A stretch of 64,000 bases of DNA from Hyphomonas sp. (GTDB lineage: Bacteria; Pseudomonadota; Alphaproteobacteria; Caulobacterales; Hyphomonadaceae). Position numbers and translations under genes: made by a program. The notes beneath the pieces are model-generated. The model saw only the letters and a list, made by a program, of their open reading frames with translations. It was not told the origin of the DNA and did no database searches. The stretch covers positions 36,442 through 100,441 of the forward strand of contig WGNP01000014.1 in NCBI GenBank assembly GCA_016124495.1, in the 5' to 3' direction. Position 1 is the first letter of the stretch. Every line of letters begins with the position of its first letter. This document shows positions 61,294 to 64,000 of this stretch, piece after piece.

Positions 61294-61505
61294 GAATTCG
61301 TCCTAACGAGCAGGTTGTAACCGACCGCGCAATCCACTTGCAAGCCGCATGCCCACGCGCGGTTCTACACCGATGGCGAGGGACGTACATAGCCTGCGAA
61401 ACCTCTCACGCTGGCGCAACCGGCAGGCGATTGAACGTGCGGTTCCTTTTGCACTTCCAAAGCCAGCTCGGTCAGACGATCCGGATCGGGATCTACGCCT
61501 GCAGC

Positions 61506-62774
61506 CTACATCGCCCCGCGCCTGGCCAATCTGGTCCCCGGCGACGGAATGGCCAACTGGAGAGCGAACGCCGCAATCCGGGCTGCATCAGCGAGCCGGC
61601 CGCTTTGTACGTCACGCCAGACGAACCACAAGAGTGCGCGGGCGTAAGTGCGTGCAATCTGGGCGCCCACGGCTTTCATGTTCCGGACAGAAAGAAATAG
61701 CGTCTGGGCATCGTCGCCCTGAAGCAGTTCCGGAAATCCGTACTTCGAGAAGACCGATTGGCGGATCGCGGCGATTTCCCGGGCGTTCAGCGGTGTTGCC
61801 GGCCGGCCGGGCGCGCAGGCCGAGGCGAAATCCTCCGCTGCAAACGCCCAAAGCTTCTTGCGGGCCAGGATGGCCGCGCGCACGATCAGGGCTTCGCGCT
61901 CAAGTTGAGGCGTCAGGATCGATTCCGCACCGAAGCGGCGCGGAAGAAAATCGATGGGACGGTTGTCCTCGCGAACCTGGGTGAGCAGATCGCGTTCTTC
62001 CTTTTGCCAACGCTTGTGCCGGGCGTCTTCGCCCACCAGTCCGCCCACGCGGGGGTCATCGTGCTGGCGTTGCAGGAAAAGGATGTCGCGGGTTGATACA
62101 CTCGAATTGGCGCGGGCCAGTCGCACCAGCATCTCGTAGTCTTCCGAGCGCGAATAGTTCATCGAGAACGGCCCAACCCGGTCGTAGCACTCCTTGCGCA
62201 CCAACAGCCCCGGGTGATGGGCGAAGAAATCCTGCAAGGTGGTGACGAGGAAGTCTTCCGGATCGACGTTGCGCCAGTGGCCGGCGCTGAATTCCTTGCG
62301 GGCGCCGGTTTGTGCATCGACGATAAACCGGTTGTAGGGGCCATAGGCAAAGCCGGCTTGAGGATTGTCCCGCAAGAGGCCCGTCAACTTCTCCAGCGCA
62401 TGGGGCAGAACGATATCATCATCGTCGACAATCCAGACCAAAGGCGACTTGATGTGCGGAATGAGCCGGTTCAGCGTGTCGGCCTTGCCGGAGTTTTCCT
62501 TCCGGATGTACTGTACCTTGCCTGCATATGCAGCCATTCGCGCAGGCGTGTCGTCGGTCGAGCCGTCATCGGCCACGATGATCTCTGCAGGCGCGAGGGT
62601 CTGCGCGAGGATGCTGTCAAGCGTTTCGGCCAACAAGGCCGCGCGATTGAAAGTCGGTACGATGACGGTGGTCTTGTCCAATGTGTTCAAGCCTTGCTGT
62701 TTGCCTGCATCGACCAGTCCGGGTGTTTTGGCCACTCCAACGCCTCGCTTCTGGTTCGGCAGAGCAATTGCCAT
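61506..62774 (-). CDS. GT2 family glycosyltransferase (start uncertain)
   Basis: VIVPTFNR, VADDGSTD, DDDD motif, EDYEM. Confidence 0.85.
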   Translation of the reverse strand: MAIALPNQKRGVGVAKTPGLVDAGKQQGLNTLDKTTVIVPTFNRAALLAETLDSILAQTLAPAEIIVADDGSTDDTPARMAAYAGKVQYIRKENSGKADTLNRLIPHIKSPLVWIVDDDDIVLPHALEKLTGLLRDNPQAGFAYGPYNRFIVDAQTGARKEFSAGHWRNVDPEDFLVTTLQDFFAHHPGLLVRKECYDRVGPFSMNYSRSEDYEMLVRLARANSSVSTRDILFLQRQHDDPRVGGLVGEDARHKRWQKEERDLLTQVREDNRPIDFLPRRFGAESILTPQLEREALIVRAAILARKKLWAFAAEDFASACAPGRPATPLNAREIAAIRQSVFSKYGFPELLQGDDAQTLFLSVRNMKAVGAQIARTYARALLWFVWRDVQSGRLADAARIAAFALQLAIPSPGTRLARRGAM

Positions 62775-62809
62775 GCCATGTCCACTTTCCTTGCGCGATG
62801 GCGATGCCC

Positions 62810-63775
62810 TCAGTCTTCCCAACCCGGGTAGCCATCCCAGGTCTTGCGGGCTGAGACGCGGCAAACAAGCCAGTCGATTGCCGCGTCGGCGATGATGGAA
62901 GCGCTCATCGGATGACCCGCGCGCTTCAGGGCGTCGAGGTGGATCGATAAGTTGCGCTTCATCCCATCAAGCATCCACCACCTGACGATCCGGCGAACAT
63001 AATACCGGCGAAACCGCTTTGATTCCGTGGCATGGAGCGGTCCAAAGGCAAACGGGCCATATGTTTCGACGAAGTATTGCGCGTCCCGAGTCCACGACCG
63101 CGTAGCTGGTCCATAGTTCAGGTTGGTGTTCGACCCGGCGTGCACGCGGGTGAAACCGAGGCACTTTGAAACAAATGCGAATTTTGATCGCGTGAGCAGC
63201 CTGAGCATGGCATCGGTGTCGAATCCACCCGGCAGATCCGTCGGATAAAAGGGCCGGAACTGATCCGAGAGCTTTTTCCGGAACATCATCTGAACTGGCA
63301 TGATTATGCCCCGTCCCAGCAGAAATCGTTCGATGGCCTCGCGTCCTGAAAACACGGACGGCACTTGTGGCCATGCCAAATTGGACTCTTCGCCTGCGCA
63401 ATCGTGCCCGCAGCCGATCACGCCTATTTCTGGGTCGGTTTCTGCCAGCCGGACCATTTCCTCGGTCGATTCCGGATGGAAAAGGTCATCGCCGCACAGG
63501 ACGCGAATGTATTCAGCAGTCTCAGGCGCCGCCTGCACGGCCGTTTCGAAATTCTGGCGCAACGGAATCGTCTGCATGTTCCGATGGACAACCACCGGCA
63601 CGCGGGCATTCTTGTACCGGTCAAGAATCTGGGAGGTCCCATCCGTGCTGGCGTTGTCGACTACGATGTGAACGAGGTTGGGCCAGGTTTGTGCCTGAAC
63701 AGAGTCCATGGTTTCAGCCAGGAACTCCTCCCCATTGTAAACGGGCGTGACGATTGCGACGAGCGGCTGCGACAT
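62810..63775 (-). CDS. GT2 family glycosyltransferase
   Basis: IVTPVYNGEEFL, VDNASTD, CGDD. Confidence 0.88.
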   Translation of the reverse strand: MSQPLVAIVTPVYNGEEFLAETMDSVQAQTWPNLVHIVVDNASTDGTSQILDRYKNARVPVVVHRNMQTIPLRQNFETAVQAAPETAEYIRVLCGDDLFHPESTEEMVRLAETDPEIGVIGCGHDCAGEESNLAWPQVPSVFSGREAIERFLLGRGIIMPVQMMFRKKLSDQFRPFYPTDLPGGFDTDAMLRLLTRSKFAFVSKCLGFTRVHAGSNTNLNYGPATRSWTRDAQYFVETYGPFAFGPLHATESKRFRRYYVRRIVRWWMLDGMKRNLSIHLDALKRAGHPMSASIIADAAIDWLVCRVSARKTWDGYPGWED

Positions 63776-63947
63776 GATGCTCAACTGGGCTGTATTCGAT
63801 GACGTGGATACAAGTCGCGTGCCAGCAGCGTCAATCGTGCCACGGGCGCTGGGCGCAAGGGCGCGCCACATTGTGTTTGAGGCCCAGTTTCATTGCTCGA
63901 TTCCGGTCCGGCACTTGCATAATTCAGCTTGCAGCTTGGGGAATGAT

Positions 63948-64000
63948 ATGGCGGATCAACAGGACGAGATCCTTGTCGCTTTCGGCGTGGACGTTAACTA
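63948..64000 (+). CDS. Probable start of a GT8-like glycosyltransferase, truncated by window end
   Basis: MADQQDEILVAFGVDVNY resembles the GT8 N-terminal I.xAFxxDxNY motif; only 17 codons visible. Confidence 0.4.
   Translation, partial: MADQQDEILVAFGVDVN

Noticed and set aside
1-64000. CRISPR array, rRNA, tRNA, prophage structural genes
   Set aside because: No regularly spaced direct repeats, RNA gene signatures or phage genes seen by manual reading; tRNAscan/Infernal would be definitive

Overview
GC-rich alphaproteobacterial chromosome segment. The divK-pleD pair, parDE type, lipoproteins and gene order suggest Caulobacterales/Hyphomonadaceae (Hyphomonas-like); this is inference, not a database match. 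Most of the window is core genome: pyrC'/pyrB/ruvX, gatC..gatA/gatB, HIT-GNAT-GDPD-RidA-dinB, divK-pleD, rpmG, rnr, topA, lptFG, pepA-holC, ndk, ctaA, rplM-rpsI, argC, phaC, aminotransferase-hom-glpX, icd, trmJ and eda. Accessory blocks are: about 4.7 kb separating gatC from gatA (42-aa basic protein, class III aminotransferase, MDR oxidoreductase, SET-domain protein, lipoprotein); an ADH/DUF4267/LysR cassette; a decayed mobile patch between argC and phaC (probable integrase N-terminus, IS3 3' end, intact parDE); a pnuC-NadR-kinase-GNAT unit; and the start of a polysaccharide locus with rfbF, an epimerase, ugd-like, UXS-like and SAF-oxidoreductase genes and glycosyltransferases but no rfbG. 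By hand I found features absent from the ORF track (rpmG, most of pyrC', the 42-aa protein, a partial GT8-like gene) and six eroded gene remnants in apparent intergenic gaps (EAL, YjdM/PhnA, PaaI, integrase, IS3, GNAT). I saw no rRNA, tRNA or CRISPR array. No novel system can be proven from sequence alone. The best candidates are the rfbG-less CDP-sugar pathway and the tightly coupled RidA-GDPD-FemAB-like GNAT-HIT operon. All family assignments come from motif recognition and need HMM/BLAST confirmation.
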